From positions 20,088,001-20,152,000 of the forward strand of contig JBHGNT010000013.1 of assembly GCA_043228905.1 (NCBI GenBank): DNA of 64,000 bases. Direction: 5' to 3'. Shown here piece by piece: positions 14,490-28,290 of this stretch; within the stretch, counting starts at the first letter, position 1, and the number at the start of each line of letters is the position of its first letter. The translations under genes were made by a program, and so were the position numbers. The notes beneath the pieces were generated by a model. The model made no database searches and was not told the origin of the DNA. It was given only the letters and a program-made list of their open reading frames with translations. This DNA comes from Azolla caroliniana (taxonomy: Eukaryota; Plantae; Polypodiophyta).

Positions 14490-17290
14490 ACACGTATAAC
14501 CCGTGAGCCACACAAGCGCTACTCTCTCTCTTCCCCCTATCAACGCTTCCATGCACGCACGTGCTAATAAGGGAGAGACCACCCACACAATAATAGGGGA
14601 GAGAAAGGAAAGGCAATGGCTATACTAAGCCAATAAGCTAATTAGCGTTGAACTAATTCTATGTATCTGTATGTCATCCCTAGGCCACACTCTCCAACAT
14701 AACACATATATCTACGTTATGTACATATGTATGTATGTCATCCCTAGTCCATAGTCTCCAACATAACACAATATCTCTACGTCATGTACATATATGTATG
14801 CATGTCGTCCCTAGTCCCTAGTCTCCAACGTAACACATATAGATCTACGTTATGTAAATATGTATGTATGTCATCCCTACTCCATAGACTCGGACATTTC
14901 ACAAATTTATCGCTGCCGCGCGTTCGCTCACACGTACCTAGTCATCGCGCACTCACCCCACCCGCTACCCGTGTATATCCGATTCTCGGCCAAGGCGCCT
15001 GCATGGCCCATTACCATGTGCGCGACGATCGACGCGTTCTGGTTCGGGCACCGTAGGCCGATGCAACATGGTCGACGCATGTCCGCAAAAATCACTTATA
15101 ATACGTAACGACGACCCTTCATCCCGCTCGTGGCCGGGTGGAATGTTGATGCGCGCGGAACGACGCAAAGCGCCCATGGCCTGCTCTCGCACCACGTCTA
15201 CGTTGTCCCGCGACCAACAATACTTAACATATCTCAACGCGACACGGAGCTCCGGTCCCATAGACTCCAATCTCTCCGTCACTTGCCACGGTGATTGCCT
15301 CTTGCCCTCATCTCGACCTCTTATAAGTAACTCCCCCGTGTGCGCGACGTACGCCATACCTCGCATTATAATCGAGGGTGTTAAGTTGTGTAGTGGGCAA
15401 GTCCCTCCATGGATCAGGACCGCGCGCAACTATTCTACGAATTCGAAGGACATTCGACATGCATGATCAACTATGCAACCGGTGAGTTCGATGCCCCAAT
15501 GTTTCGCTTCGAACAATATGCACACGACTACTCACCTGCACATTGCCAACGCATCAGGTGTGTGTGGCCGGCCACAAACACCATCAGGTGTGCCTGTAAG
15601 CCGCCACACAAGGATATTTAGTTTGTGGTTCGCACCTAGCTGTTCGAATGGAATTAAAGAAGAAGTTGGTCCAACATTTGGGTTCGAACATCCTAAATCT
15701 CGTTCGACCAACGATGATATTATACCGAGCTTAAAAAGGTCCAATTTACCGAAGCCGTGGGATATCCAATATTACTACTTGCTCCTACCACAAGCCCTAC
15801 AAAAACACAACTATTCGTACGGGTCCCTATCTCGTTGACCCACCTATAAATGGATTAGTAGTTGTTATCGTGGACTTCAAAGGGACGTAATGAGCGAGCC
15901 ATTGCCTCATACTCATAAACCGTTCTGCGAGGGCCGACGCAACCTCGTAATTCGTAGTGGTATACCGTTGACATCATCATCGGAGCTCGCTCTCACTTTT
16001 GCTATCAATTATAGAAAAGGGGGGAGATCCCTTGTATCACCTCGCTTCAACACATCCGGCGACCCGGACACTTCGAGCGCCGTAATGCCTTCTTCGTGCT
16101 TTGCATAACAATCTTTTGCCGATAAGTATCGCGTAAGAGTTCCGAAATATTAAACAAAGGCTCGAAGACGTTCACAAACTCTGTCGGCCGAGCGGAGAAG
16201 CACTGTGAACTAGCTCCAAAACCAAGCATGCTTATTCGATGCATAGAGCATACGAGAGACGAGAATCTGAAACGAGGTTAGAACTCAAATTAATAAGCAC
16301 AAAGAACGGGTGCTCAACCCCATACTCCAATATTATCAATCATCGTAAGCACGGAGCAAATAATATACGCAAGCATTTTTGGCATCGATAAGGAATAAAT
16401 AAACAAAATGAATACATATCTGAACAATGCACCAAAGCCAATAGACATCGTATGGATCGTGACATTCGTGTCTCCTTTGCTTCCCGTCGTAGCATCCCGC
16501 ACGTTATATAGGCCGTACGTATTGGGAATTCAATTCTCTTGGTTTTATACCGAGAGTACGCTTAGAAGGATTGCGCGTGGAATTTGACTTTGTGATCTGC
16601 TTTGAATTCGGACGTATATCATTGCCTAGCTAGCCGTGATATTCGTACGATGGCTACGATGCCATTTTAGTTGTGACGACAAGTATTGGAAAGGTTTGTT
16701 TCGTATATAGGTACAGTAAGTGACTTTTCCTATGTATTTGACGTTGATTTTGAACGTAGGTGCCGCCATATCAAACTTTGATCTTCGTGATGATCGCTCG
16801 AATTCGTATACGTGTCCCTAACCCCTCTCAAAATTCTAGATGTTCCAATCGTAACGGATGGTGTTTCAATGAGGGAACTTGGGATGTTATGCCCTCACTT
16901 AGGAATAGTACATAAGTTCTAATTAGCTAATTCATGTGCTTTGGAAGCCTCGTCTCGAAAGAAATACGCCGCGTCATTCATAAGCAGGGAATTGAGGAAA
17001 CCTAAGACATCGGTTTGCACAATCGAAGCCGTTCGTAGCTAGAAGTAGCCGAGCCAAATTCACAGTTTTGAAAAGGAATGTATTATGATCAAGCTTGGCT
17101 TCGTTTTACATCATGAATCATGAATGGGACGATCAAGCAGTGACGAGATTAGTGATTCGGCGTCGGAATGACGTCTTAGGAATCCGATTTATTGGCGGAC
17201 GGTGGATGTGACGTACCGTTAAGTCCACACAATATAATATGTTTGAGGGTCTTAACATTATTCAGATGCCAATTCAATGAGTTAAGAGAT

Positions 17291-19205
17291 TCATGCGAAG
17301 GGTAGGACGATTCTAGGGGTGGCTGTGACGCGTAGAGGGGTCTTCATTTCGGAGGAGAGTTTCAGGATCTCGGTCAGGTCGAGGTCGCGTGCCATTTTAT
17401 CCTCGGGCAAGGACCACGTAAAGTGGTGGAGGAGCCTGGCCGTCCATAGTTGCACGGTGGCCAAACCCATCGCCCTTCCCGGGCACACCCTCCGACCGGC
17501 CCCGAAAGGTGCTAACCTCAAATCGCCACCTCGCACGTCCACGTCTTCCTCGACGAACCTGTCGGGAACGAACCGGTCAGGCTTCTCCCAAATGTCCGCG
17601 TCGTGTGTAATGGCCCACATGTTCACCATGGCTGTCGTCCCTGCTGGCACGTGATGGCCCGCTAGCTCGACGTCCGATGTGGCCAACCTCGCCCATGAGA
17701 GCAACGGCCCGGGTGGGTGCATCCTCAACGTCTCCTTGATGATGGCATTCACGTAAGGAAGGAGTGCCATGTCGGCTTCTCGCACGGTACGACATCGGCC
17801 CACGACAGCATCCAGCTCGGCTTGCGCTCGTGCTTGAACCTCTGGGTGTAGGACCATCTCCGCGAGGATCCACTCCATGAGGATGGCGGTCGTGTCGGTT
17901 CCTCGGAATATCATTTCCTGGAGAAAAGAGCATGTAACGGGACACCGATTAGGATAGAAAAACGTGCAAAGTTGTTTGGACTAGGAAGCCACGAACGTAC
18001 ACGGTCCATTACATTCGTCGACCTTGACGACGCGACTCGTAAAAACACATTGCAATCCCGTTAAATATATGTGTATTTATATATAGTGGCGACCTTCAAG
18101 AGTTACGTACCCATAGGATGGCGATTATATCGGTATCCGAGAGTTTTTCGCTAGTCTGCAACGATAGGAGCACGTCCACAAAGTCGTCGGCCTCATCCAC
18201 GGAGCTTTCACCAGAACCGTGCTCGCGACGGGCTCGATGCTCGTCTATGATCGTTTGGACGAAGTCTTGCACCTCTGCCACCAGCTTCGTGCATCGTGAA
18301 TGCACTCCCTGGAGATCCAACCATTTCAAGAACGGCAAGTGATCGCTCCAATTGAACGCGCCGAGAAGCTCGAAGCCTTCTCGAATCATTCTGCGCAATT
18401 GCTCCGCCTCCGGATCGACTTGCACTAGGGCTTGCTTCTGAGTGTAAACGAAGTCGTAGCGACGGCCAAAGACGCTCTTCATGATGTTGTTGATGGAAGT
18501 GAGCTGGAGGAGAGGGCGGATTTCGAAGCTGGACCCCGATTGGGCATGGATGGATTGGAGGAGCTGGGTTGTTTCGAACTGCCGGCAAGGCTCGAGGGCT
18601 GACAGGCGCCGGGGGGCGAAGAGGTGGGTGGCGGCAATGCGTCGGAGCGTGCGCCAATAATCGCCGTAGGGAGCGAATCCGATGGCGCGATGGAAGAGGA
18701 GGAGCTTGGCCGATTGTTTGATGGGGCGATCCGCGAAAGAGGAGCTGCTCAAAATCTCACGGGCGACGGAAGGTTCGGAGGTCAGGATGACTCGCGTGGT
18801 GCCGAGGCTGAAGGCCATCAAGGACTTGGCGGAGTGAGCACGTGCGAGGTCGGCGAGGCGGACATGGGGGCGTTCGCCCATGAGCTCGAGCAAGCTACCC
18901 ACCAACGGCCAGCCGCGTGGGCCTCGGATTTCCTTAGCAAGGGCACGGGAATTCGCGCGTGCCGCGAGGCCCCAGGCTGGCCCGCCAGGATGGCGCCACC
19001 ACGCCAAGATTGCCAGCAAGCCGCTACAGACGAGCAAGGCCAGAATATGGCGGGCGGCCCAGATTGCACCTAGGAGAGAAGATCGTGAGAGCAACAACAA
19101 CACGAGATGGAGACTAGTGGAGATCGCGGCACCCTCCGTCGACGAAGATGAAGCGATTGCGGCGGCGGATGATAACATCGGTGACGACACCGATATGGGA
19201 TCCAT
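17291..19205 (-). CDS. CYP78A: CYP78A copy 4 (exons 19205-18111, 17917-17291), Arg87 variant
   Basis: Translation identical to copy 3. Confidence 0.95.
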
Positions 19206-19339
19206 GTTTCCTCCTCCTCCTCTTGATCTTGATCAATGCGTTGTTCCGATTATACTCCCCTACTCATCAATGTGCTTGGCTACTCTACTCTACTCATCTT
19301 GCTCCCTCTCTCTTATATCTTATATATATACATACACAC

Positions 19340-19370
<31 letters not shown>

Positions 19371-22300
19371 ACACGTATAACCCGTGAGCCACACAAGCGC
19401 TACTCTCTCTCTTCCCCCTATCAACGCTTCCATGCACGCACGTGCTAATAAGGGAGAGACCACCCACACAATAATAGGGGAGAGAAAGGAAAGGCAATGG
19501 CTATACTAAGCCAATAAGCTAATTAGCGTTGAACTAATTCTATGTATCTGTATGTCATCCCTAGGCCACACTCTCCAACATAACACATATATCTACGTTA
19601 TGTACATATGTATGTATGTCATCCCTAGTCCATAGTCTCCAACATAACACAATATCTCTACGTCATGTACATATATGTATGCATGTCGTCCCTAGTCCCT
19701 AGTCTCCAACGTAACACATATAGATCTACGTTATGTAAATATGTATGTATGTCATCCCTACTCCATAGACTCGGACATTTCACAAATTTATCGCTGCCGC
19801 GCGTTCGCTCACACGTACCTAGTCATCGCGCACTCACCCCACCCGCTACCCGTGTATATCCGATTCTCGGCCAAGGCGCCTGCATGGCCCATTACCATGT
19901 GCGCGACGATCGACGCGTTCTGGTTCGGGCACCGTAGGCCGATGCAACATGGTCGACGCATGTCCGCAAAAATCACTTATAATACGTAACGACGACCCTT
20001 CATCCCGCTCGTGGCCGGGTGGAATGTTGATGCGCGCGGAACGACGCAAAGCGCCCATGGCCTGCTCTCGCACCACGTCTACGTTGTCCCGCGACCAACA
20101 ATACTTAACATATCTCAACGCGACACGGAGCTCCGGTCCCATAGACTCCAATCTCTCCGTCACTTGCCACGGTGATTGCCTCTTGCCCTCATCTCGACCT
20201 CTTATAAGTAACTCCCCCGTGTGCGCGACGTACGCCATACCTCGCATTATAATCGAGGGTGTTAAGTTGTGTAGTGGGCAAGTCCCTCCATGGATCAGGA
20301 CCGCGCGCAACTATTCTACGAATTCGAAGGACATTCGACATGCATGATCAACTATGCAACCGGTGAGTTCGATGCCCCAATGTTTCGCTTCGAACAATAT
20401 GCACACGACTACTCACCTGCACATTGCCAACGCATCAGGTGTGTGTGGCCGGCCACAAACACCATCAGGTGTGCCTGTAAGCCGCCACACAAGGATATTT
20501 AGTTTGTGGTTCGCACCTAGCTGTTCGAATGGAATTAAAGAAGAAGTTGGTCCAACATTTGGGTTCGAACATCCTAAATCTCGTTCGACCAACGATGATA
20601 TTATACCGAGCTTAAAAAGGTCCAATTTACCGAAGCCGTGGGATATCCAATATTACTACTTGCTCCTACCACAAGCCCTACAAAAACACAACTATTCGTA
20701 CGGGTCCCTATCTCGTTGACCCACCTATAAATGGATTAGTAGTTGTTATCGTGGACTTCAAAGGGACGTAATGAGCGAGCCATTGCCTCATACTCATAAA
20801 CCGTTCTGCGAGGGCCGACGCAACCTCGTAATTCGTAGTGGTATACCGTTGACATCATCATCGGAGCTCGCTCTCACTTTTGCTATCAATTATAGAAAAG
20901 GGGGGAGATCCCTTGTATCACCTCGCTTCAACACATCCGGCGACCCGGACACTTCGAGCGCCGTAATGCCTTCTTCGTGCTTTGCATAACAATCTTTTGC
21001 CGATAAGTATCGCGTAAGAGTTCCGAAATATTAAACAAAGGCTCGAAGACGTTCACAAACTCTGTCGGCCGAGCGGAGAAGCACTGTGAACTAGCTCCAA
21101 AACCAAGCATGCTTATTCGATGCATAGAGCATACGAGAGACGAGAATCTGAAACGAGGTTAGAACTCAAATTAATAAGCACAAAGAACGGGTGCTCAACC
21201 CCATACTCCAATATTATCAATCATCGTAAGCACGGAGCAAATAATATACGCAAGCATTTTTGGCATCGATAAGGCTGATAAGGGTGGAAGCACGCTATGG
21301 TGTACCAGAGAATTCCTATTTTTGTCCACAAAAAATGATAGTCCTTTCGATACTGTTATTTCTAAATAATTGAATAAGAAAATCAGGGGAAAAAAGCAAT
21401 TTTGGGTAGTGGGGTGATTGTAGTAAAAGTGACATTTAAGACAAGGAGTGAGGGGAACACGTGATGAGATGTTCTTTTTATTTTGGGGGTTAATTTCCCC
21501 TCAGGTGGATTTGAGCGTTTTTTGGCGCTTCCCCTCAAACCAACTTCTCTTCGTCTATCCCTTTGAGTTTGTTTTAGCTCTTCATCTCAATCATCTATCT
21601 TAGGTTTCTGGTTTTCCTCCAATCTCAGAGGTTTGTTACGATTGTATATCATTAGGGTTTAGGGAGCCTATCTCATATATTTAGGTGCTTCAATACTAAA
21701 CATGTTTTAGTGTTTGAGTTGACGATTAGAGATTGTTCTGAAGCCTCTTATAACATCCAATAATTACTTCTTCGAGAACAATTTTTTACTTCTTCCACCG
21801 ATTGCACTTTATCTCACGATGATTTGAGGCTTTTTCCACCCAGGCGAGGATCCTTCCATAGAATCGAGGTGGAATATCACACAGATTCAAGGTGCCCTCC
21901 AGCAATTGGAGGTTCCTTCCACCGATTTGAGGCATATTATTTCTGAAACATGAGGCATCATCCATTGATTTGAGGGTTTGTCCATCGATTGGAGGCACAA
22001 TACAACATTCATCTTCGTCACTTATTCCAGTCATTTGTAAGTATTCCAATACTTGTTTGAGACTTCAGTGATAATTGATTTATTTGGTAGGCACCCCTAT
22101 TCTTAATTTTTACATTTTGAGAAATCTATAGTCTCATATTCGTAAATCTATTTTTTCCTTTTCAGTACTAAATTTTTTCATTTTCATAAATCTGTAAATA
22201 AAGAAATGATTAATTGTCATTTTTTAGTCGTAATTCTAATGTCCGAAATGAATGATTTCTCACTTTGCAGATCGCATTTAAAAACATTTGACTGTAATTT

Positions 22301-22459
22301 TTTAGTGTAGTTTATATAACATTAACTACTCTCGCAAGAAAATTAATTGTTTTGGGTAAATCTAGTGACCAAATGGGGATCCCCAACGAGAGTGAGTTGT
22401 CAAGTAACTCATGTATATCTGAAAGGACCAAGAGACGAGTGGTTCTTGACATAGTCCGT

Positions 22460-23771
22460 TGTTGTGCCTTTCGACTCCAGATCGTTACGTGAATCGGGTG
22501 GGAACCACCGAGGTTTTGGACTAGGAGAAAAGAAAATTCTAAGATAATTAAGAATATGAAATATATGGTAAGAAAGAAAGTTATGAAAAACTCGTGAATC
22601 CCACGAGTATAGTGTATTAATTGATACTTAGAATATAAGATAGAAATAGATGGCAAAATCGTGAATCCCACAAATATTTTTTTATTAATCAATCCTTGTA
22701 AAATAATTAACAACCTCCATACATCAAAGTATTTAAACCTAATCAAAGTTTTTAGAACATATTAAAGATCATTGGGATAACTTAAGTTATTAGACACCAA
22801 TAAAGTATTATTAAAACACCAATATAGAGTATTATTAAAACGGGACCACACGCTTAAATGATTAAAAATAAAAATTGAAAAGAGAGATTGAGATTAAAAA
22901 ATGATTATGGTTAAGAAGGGATTATAATTAAGGGGGAAGGGGTTGCTAAAACAAAGTACTTAAACGAATGTTTAAACAAATATTTAGATAAGAAAACACT
23001 TGGGCAAACACTTAAAGCAAGGTTATGATTAAAAGAGAAGGGAGGGATTATGGTTAAAGAAAAGGGGTCATGGCTAAGAAGAGAATGATTATGATTAAGA
23101 GAGGAGAATATTTAAACAAATGTTTAAACAAAAATTTAAACCTAAAAATGATTGAACAAGTACTTTTAAAAAAAAGGGGTTGAACAAGTACGTAATAAAA
23201 ATGATTATTAAACAAGTACTTAATAGAAAATGATTAAATAAATACTTAAAAACTTAAGACAAAAAAAATTTGATAAAAAAGTGATTAAACAAGTACTTAA
23301 TAAAAATTTATTAAATAAGTACTTAAGAACTTAAGACAAAAAATTAGATAAGAGCAACACATAGAAGGAAAGAAAGTTTTACTATCATAAGGCAACGATC
23401 GGCAGTGCATTTCGCCTCGATGGAGGCTCTTCAGTGCCCGATGTACAAATGATAAAAACTAAGCCTACCAGGTTGCTCTTTTTATAGGGAGAGGGAGGAG
23501 AGTCCTTTGTATGTGGGACATACAAAAGTGTGTACAAAGGGAAGGTAAAAGAGTGTACACAAGACTTTAGGTGGGGGTTAAGAGGGGTAAGAGTACATAA
23601 AACATTAGGTGGGGGGAAAGGATGAGTGTACTAGGTGTTTTCTTAGTTTTTTACCATTTAGCCAACATGTGAGAGGGAGTGTAAGGGAACTGTATTTTAT
23701 TTATTATAAGTACTTTAAATCGGATATAGTATTTTACATATTTCACGTAGTGTGTGATTCACACTACGACA
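22460..23771 (-). mobile_element. Solo LTR related to the tRNA-Trp-primed Ty3 family
   Basis: Termini TGTTGTG...TACGACA. The first about 250 bp resemble the LTR at 38846. 4-bp TSD ccgt/tcgt. Confidence 0.9.
23398..23442 (-). ncRNA. Minimal type I hammerhead-ribozyme-like motif, probably degenerate
   Basis: Minus strand atcgggca-CTGAAGA-gcctc catc gaggc-GAAA-tgca c-tgccgat: both core boxes, perfect stem II and a bulged stem I. The NUH cleavage triplet is not intact. Confidence 0.6.
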
Positions 23772-25744
23772 TCGTTATTTGGTAGAAATAACAAAGAAAT
23801 TTAGTGAAGAGGATCGTAGGGATATTATATGTAGAGTGTTACACCATCAATGTTTGAATGAAGACATGGGGAGAATAAAATTTAGGGACCAATGTGTTTT
23901 AGAAGAGATTGTAGAGTCTATGCAGTCATCCCTAGACTTAGTGAAAGGTGTAGAGAGCATAGACAAACTTGTTGCAAAGAGGGCAGCCCTACACATCATT
24001 ATGAACGGTGCGAGAGAAAAAAAAATATAGTGATACTAAAGTTGCCTTAGCCCTAGGTATTCAAAGAAGGAACTTGAGGAAACATCGCCGAAATATACTA
24101 ACTCAAGCCAATTCAAGTGGTGGGGGTTGGGACATAGACGACGATGCGATGTCTTATCTCAAGAGATTATGAAGAAAGTGGATTCATTTTGGGCAAAAAA
24201 TACACGTGTCTCACCAAATAAGAAGGACATGTGTAGACAACGAATAAGTCAAGCTAAGTACCAGATTCACCCTAGACACTTCTTGGAGATGATAGAGGTA
24301 TTCCATTTTTTTATATCAATTCACATTCCATAAATTTTTGTTTTGACCAAATGTATATTAATGTTTGCTATATATTGGTTGATGTAGGCTGAATTGTACA
24401 TGAACTTTAAAGACCAACATCCAAGCTTGACTATTGGATTCCGCAAGTTCCAAGGTTTGAACCCATATTATGTTAGAAAATTAAATGAGAGGAATACATG
24501 TTGTTGTGTGTACCACATGAAGATGGACATGTTAAGGCTTGGAGTGAATGCAATGCGTACTAATTCTAAGGGTATACACGGGGAATTATGTGTCTGCACT
24601 TGTGAGGTTTGTCGACCAAATGGGGAGGATAATACGTGTAATGCACGAAACATGACTTATGCATCCATTTCTGAGTTATGGAGGTCTTGTGTTTGTGAAA
24701 AAGAACCATCATGTGAATGGCATCATCGTACATGTCTTTTAAGAATATGTAAGGTTGTCGGCTACCATTATTTTGTAGACAAGAGCTTGATTTGGGAAAC
24801 AATCATATTGTAAAATGAAAATATTTCAATATGTGACTGAAAATATTGGCAAGGGACTTGTAACTAAGCGTATCAAGGAAGTATAAAACGAGACATGTGC
24901 TGCTACCCTTGTCTCAGAATTTAAGAAACAACTTGGGGAGTTCATTCAACATAACTTTCGGAGTTATTGGCAAAATTCACAGTTCAAGGAATGTATTAAT
25001 AACTTACCAACCGGTGTCATCATATCCATTATTGACTTTGTAGAAAACTATACATTTAAAGTTCAAAATGAGGTTCAATCAATGCATTGGTACAATGATC
25101 AATGTACAATACTTGTACATATTTGCTATTGGAGACAAGACGGTGACTTACATAAGAAATCAATATTTTACATTTCAGATGATAAAAAGCATGATACACT
25201 ATTTGTTCAACATTGTTTTAAGCTTCACCATGCATATTTATTGCCTCTAGGGTTTAGCTTTAACCATCATTGGGTTTGGTCTGATGGTGTTGCCTCGCAG
25301 TTTAAGGCGGCACGATTGTTCTACTTTATCGCCAAGTAATTTTTAATCTATATGGTTAGTACTTATAATGCAATGTCTAAGGAAGTAAGTCGTGTGTTAG
25401 TGCTCATCCTTCACATGAATCAGTACTACTTGTTGTAATTCTCCTACTTGTTGGGTTCAAAGTTTACATCTTAATATGGTACTCCCTATTGCGTTTGTAC
25501 TAATGCTCTACACACTAATTGTTTTTAGTGTTCTTGCAAGACAAGTGGGTATTCTCCTATCATGTCACCTCCAACTTAGTTCTATCTGCCCTTGTGCATC
25601 AATACTATTTAATGTTTTCAGCTACATAAAAAACTCTTGATAGACAACACAGTAACTATTCAAATGGATGCATGCATACTAATTATGTTTGTAACTATGT
25701 TAAGTGTTCTTGATTGATCATATAGTACTACCCTTTCACGTGAA

Positions 25745-26430
25745 TCTGTGTTTATTATCTTTTAATCCACATAGAGTGTTCTCCATAGACACATTGTACT
25801 GTGTTGTGTGTTGTATCTGTACTAAATCAGTATTTATTGAAAGATGTAAAGTACTCGTCTTGTACTCATAGTATTGTCCGTTCTTAAGAGTTTGTACTAA
25901 TTATCTTTTAATCCATGTTGAGTGTTCTCCATGGACACATTGTATTGTCCTATGTGGTATATCTATACTAAATCAGTATTTATTGAAGGATGTAAAGTAC
26001 TCGTCTTGTACTCATAGTATTGTTCATTCTTAAGAGTTTGTACTAATTATCTTTTAATCCATGTTTAGTGTTCTCCATGGACACATTGTACTATATTGTG
26101 TGTTGTATCTGTACTAAATGAGTATTAATGGATGTAAAGTACTCGTCGTCAGCAACATAGTATTGTCCAATATTGAAGAGTTTGTACTAATTATCTTTTA
26201 ATACATGTAGAGTGTTCTCCATGAACACATTGTATTATGCTTTGTGATGTATCCATTCTAAATTAGTATTAATGGATGGTAAGTACTGTTGGTTGACAAC
26301 GTAGTACTATTTATCTTTTAATTGGTGTAGAGTGTTCTCCATGGATACACTATGTTATGCTTTGTTATGTATTTGTACTAAATCAGTATTAATGGATGTA
26401 TAGTACTCTCGATTGACAACATAGTACTAA
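25745..26430. repeat. About 145-bp tandem repeat (about 5 copies) inside the transposase intron
   Basis: ttatcttttaat...gagtgttctccat recurs near 25755, 25901, 26047, 26191 and 26311. Confidence 0.9.
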
Positions 26431-27884
26431 TGTTTGTTGGAAACCTTGGATACAAAAGTAGGTACTTCTCCCTATTCAACATTCATCTGCAATGGAACTA
26501 CTTCGGGTCTGGACATGGAAAAGGAGAGCATGATGGCACGGGGGGGCTGTGATCAAATGTGCTCTTACAAGTGAGCAGTTGGATAATAATGGTGCTAAGT
26601 TACAAAATGCACATGATGTTGTGGAACGGCTAACATGGAAGATGTCAAATGATGGTAAGAACAGATTGTTTGTTGAGGTTCGCGCTGATGAGGTCGATAG
26701 AACTAAATCCTATGGTTGTAAAACCATGAAAGGCACTCGCAACACCGATTGTGTATTAGGGTTTAGGCGCAAGGACACAACACAATTGTTACTCCGTACT
26801 TTATCATGCTTTTGTTCCATGTGTATAGATGAAGCTTGGGATGAATGCATCAACCTATCAATTGTGGAGCCCTGGAGCCTAAATGACAAGATGATATTGA
26901 AGAGGATGCACATTCAAACGATATTGTATACTACAACCAACGTCAAAACTTGGCAGTTTTATTGGAAGTTGGAGATCATTTTGCAGTGCTCAAATCTCCT
27001 CAGAATGAAGATTTAGAAGACTGCTACATTGTGGTGTGCAAGCAAGGGAAGACATTATTGAAAGAAGTTGTGAGGGATGGCTAGGGCAACATGTTCAACG
27101 TTGGTGAGTCTGTCGTGTATGGAAACTATTATGCAAAGTTGTCACAGTGCAAGAACACATATGCATTACTAAAAGATGCACCTACCGCAATAATCTACAT
27201 TGCTACCATTATTGCGATCAAGTTCAATATGACTCAAGAAAAGCACAAGGTTAAGGGATACAACACTGTCTACAAGGTCCCCCAAGAGGTTCATGAGCAC
27301 ATATTTGGGGAGGTCTCTCTGTTTAATGCTTGAAAGTTACCCTATTAATACATTGTAGTTGGCAACTGAAAAACATTCGCTTGTAGTTCACTATTTGTAC
27401 ATTGTATCTAGATCGGTTATTAATTTTGATGATTGACAAATGAATCGATATATTGCGTCTTTCTTCTAAAGTGTTTAGAGTATTTATTGAGCTTGTTTTG
27501 TAAGTGTTCATGGTAATTATAGAGTTGCTTGTTTCTAGGGTTTAGGGTGTGAAGTCTTTATTCAAGTATCAATACTTAGTAGCATCAATATGGCCCAAAA
27601 TTATTCAAATATCAATACCAGTAATCTAATTCCTATTGTGTTAAGTCTGTATTCAACTCTGATTATGTGCACTCAAGGAGACCATACTTCGCAAGTATCA
27701 ATATAGCCCAAGCTTTTTACAATATACATAATAGTTTAGTACTAATGTGAATGTCAAATGTTCACTAATACATAATAGTCTCCCGAAGTATCTCAGTTAG
27801 ACAGATACATACATCTTATTTTAGTACTAATATGAATGTCAAATGTTCCCTACTACACAGACAAAGATAGTATCTCATTTGAAA

Positions 27885-28290
27885 TCAACACAATCATGGT
27901 TGCATGACAATTGACAATAGAATACATTCTCATTCTCTACAATTAGCAATATAGAATTTCACATTACGCTAACAACACTAGATGAGTGATCTTGTCTTCA
28001 CAGCATTTCACATTAGCAATTTAGATAGTAATTTGGTATTACAAATAGTTCAAGTATAGACATCACTAACAGTTTAGTTGTAGTTCAACACAATCATGGT
28101 TGCATGAAAATGGACAATAGAATACATTCTCATTCTCTACAATTGGCAATATAGAATTTCAAATTACGTTAACAACACTAGATGAGTGAACTGGAGTCAG
28201 TACAACATTTCACATTAGCAATTTAAATAGTATTTGGGTATTACAAATAGTTCAAGTACAGACATCACTAACAATTCAGCTATAGTTCAA
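27885..28290. repeat. About 200-bp direct duplication between the two convergent genes
   Basis: caacacaatcatggttgcatga...acattctcattctctacaatt at about 27885 and 28086. Confidence 0.85.

Larger units (their letters stand above)
1..21274. repeat. Tandem gene array, 4879/4881-bp unit (units 1755-6633, 6634-11512, 11513-16393, 16394-21274, plus partial 1-1754); continues left of the window
   Basis: The whole ORF set recurs at offsets 4879, 4879, 4881, 4881. Identity ends after catcgataagg at 21274 (equivalent to 1754). Unit phase is set from this end point. Confidence 0.98.
22400..27333 (+). pseudogene. Sola2-like DDD transposase, spliced, with stops and frameshifts, interrupted by a solo LTR
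   Basis: IIDFVENY..VQNEVQSMHW (about 25025-25090), FYISDDKKHD, WVWSDGVASQFK (about 25270), WNYFGSGHGKGEHDG (about 26490-26536), CCCVYH and CFCSMC Cys clusters. Introns about 24298-24387 and 25336-26460. The frame VLDIVR|YLVEIT is restored on removing 22460-23775. Confidence 0.75.

Noticed and set aside
21650-21665. Interstitial telomere
   Set aside because: Only one or two TTTAGGG units here and at about 27535; ordinary telo-boxes.
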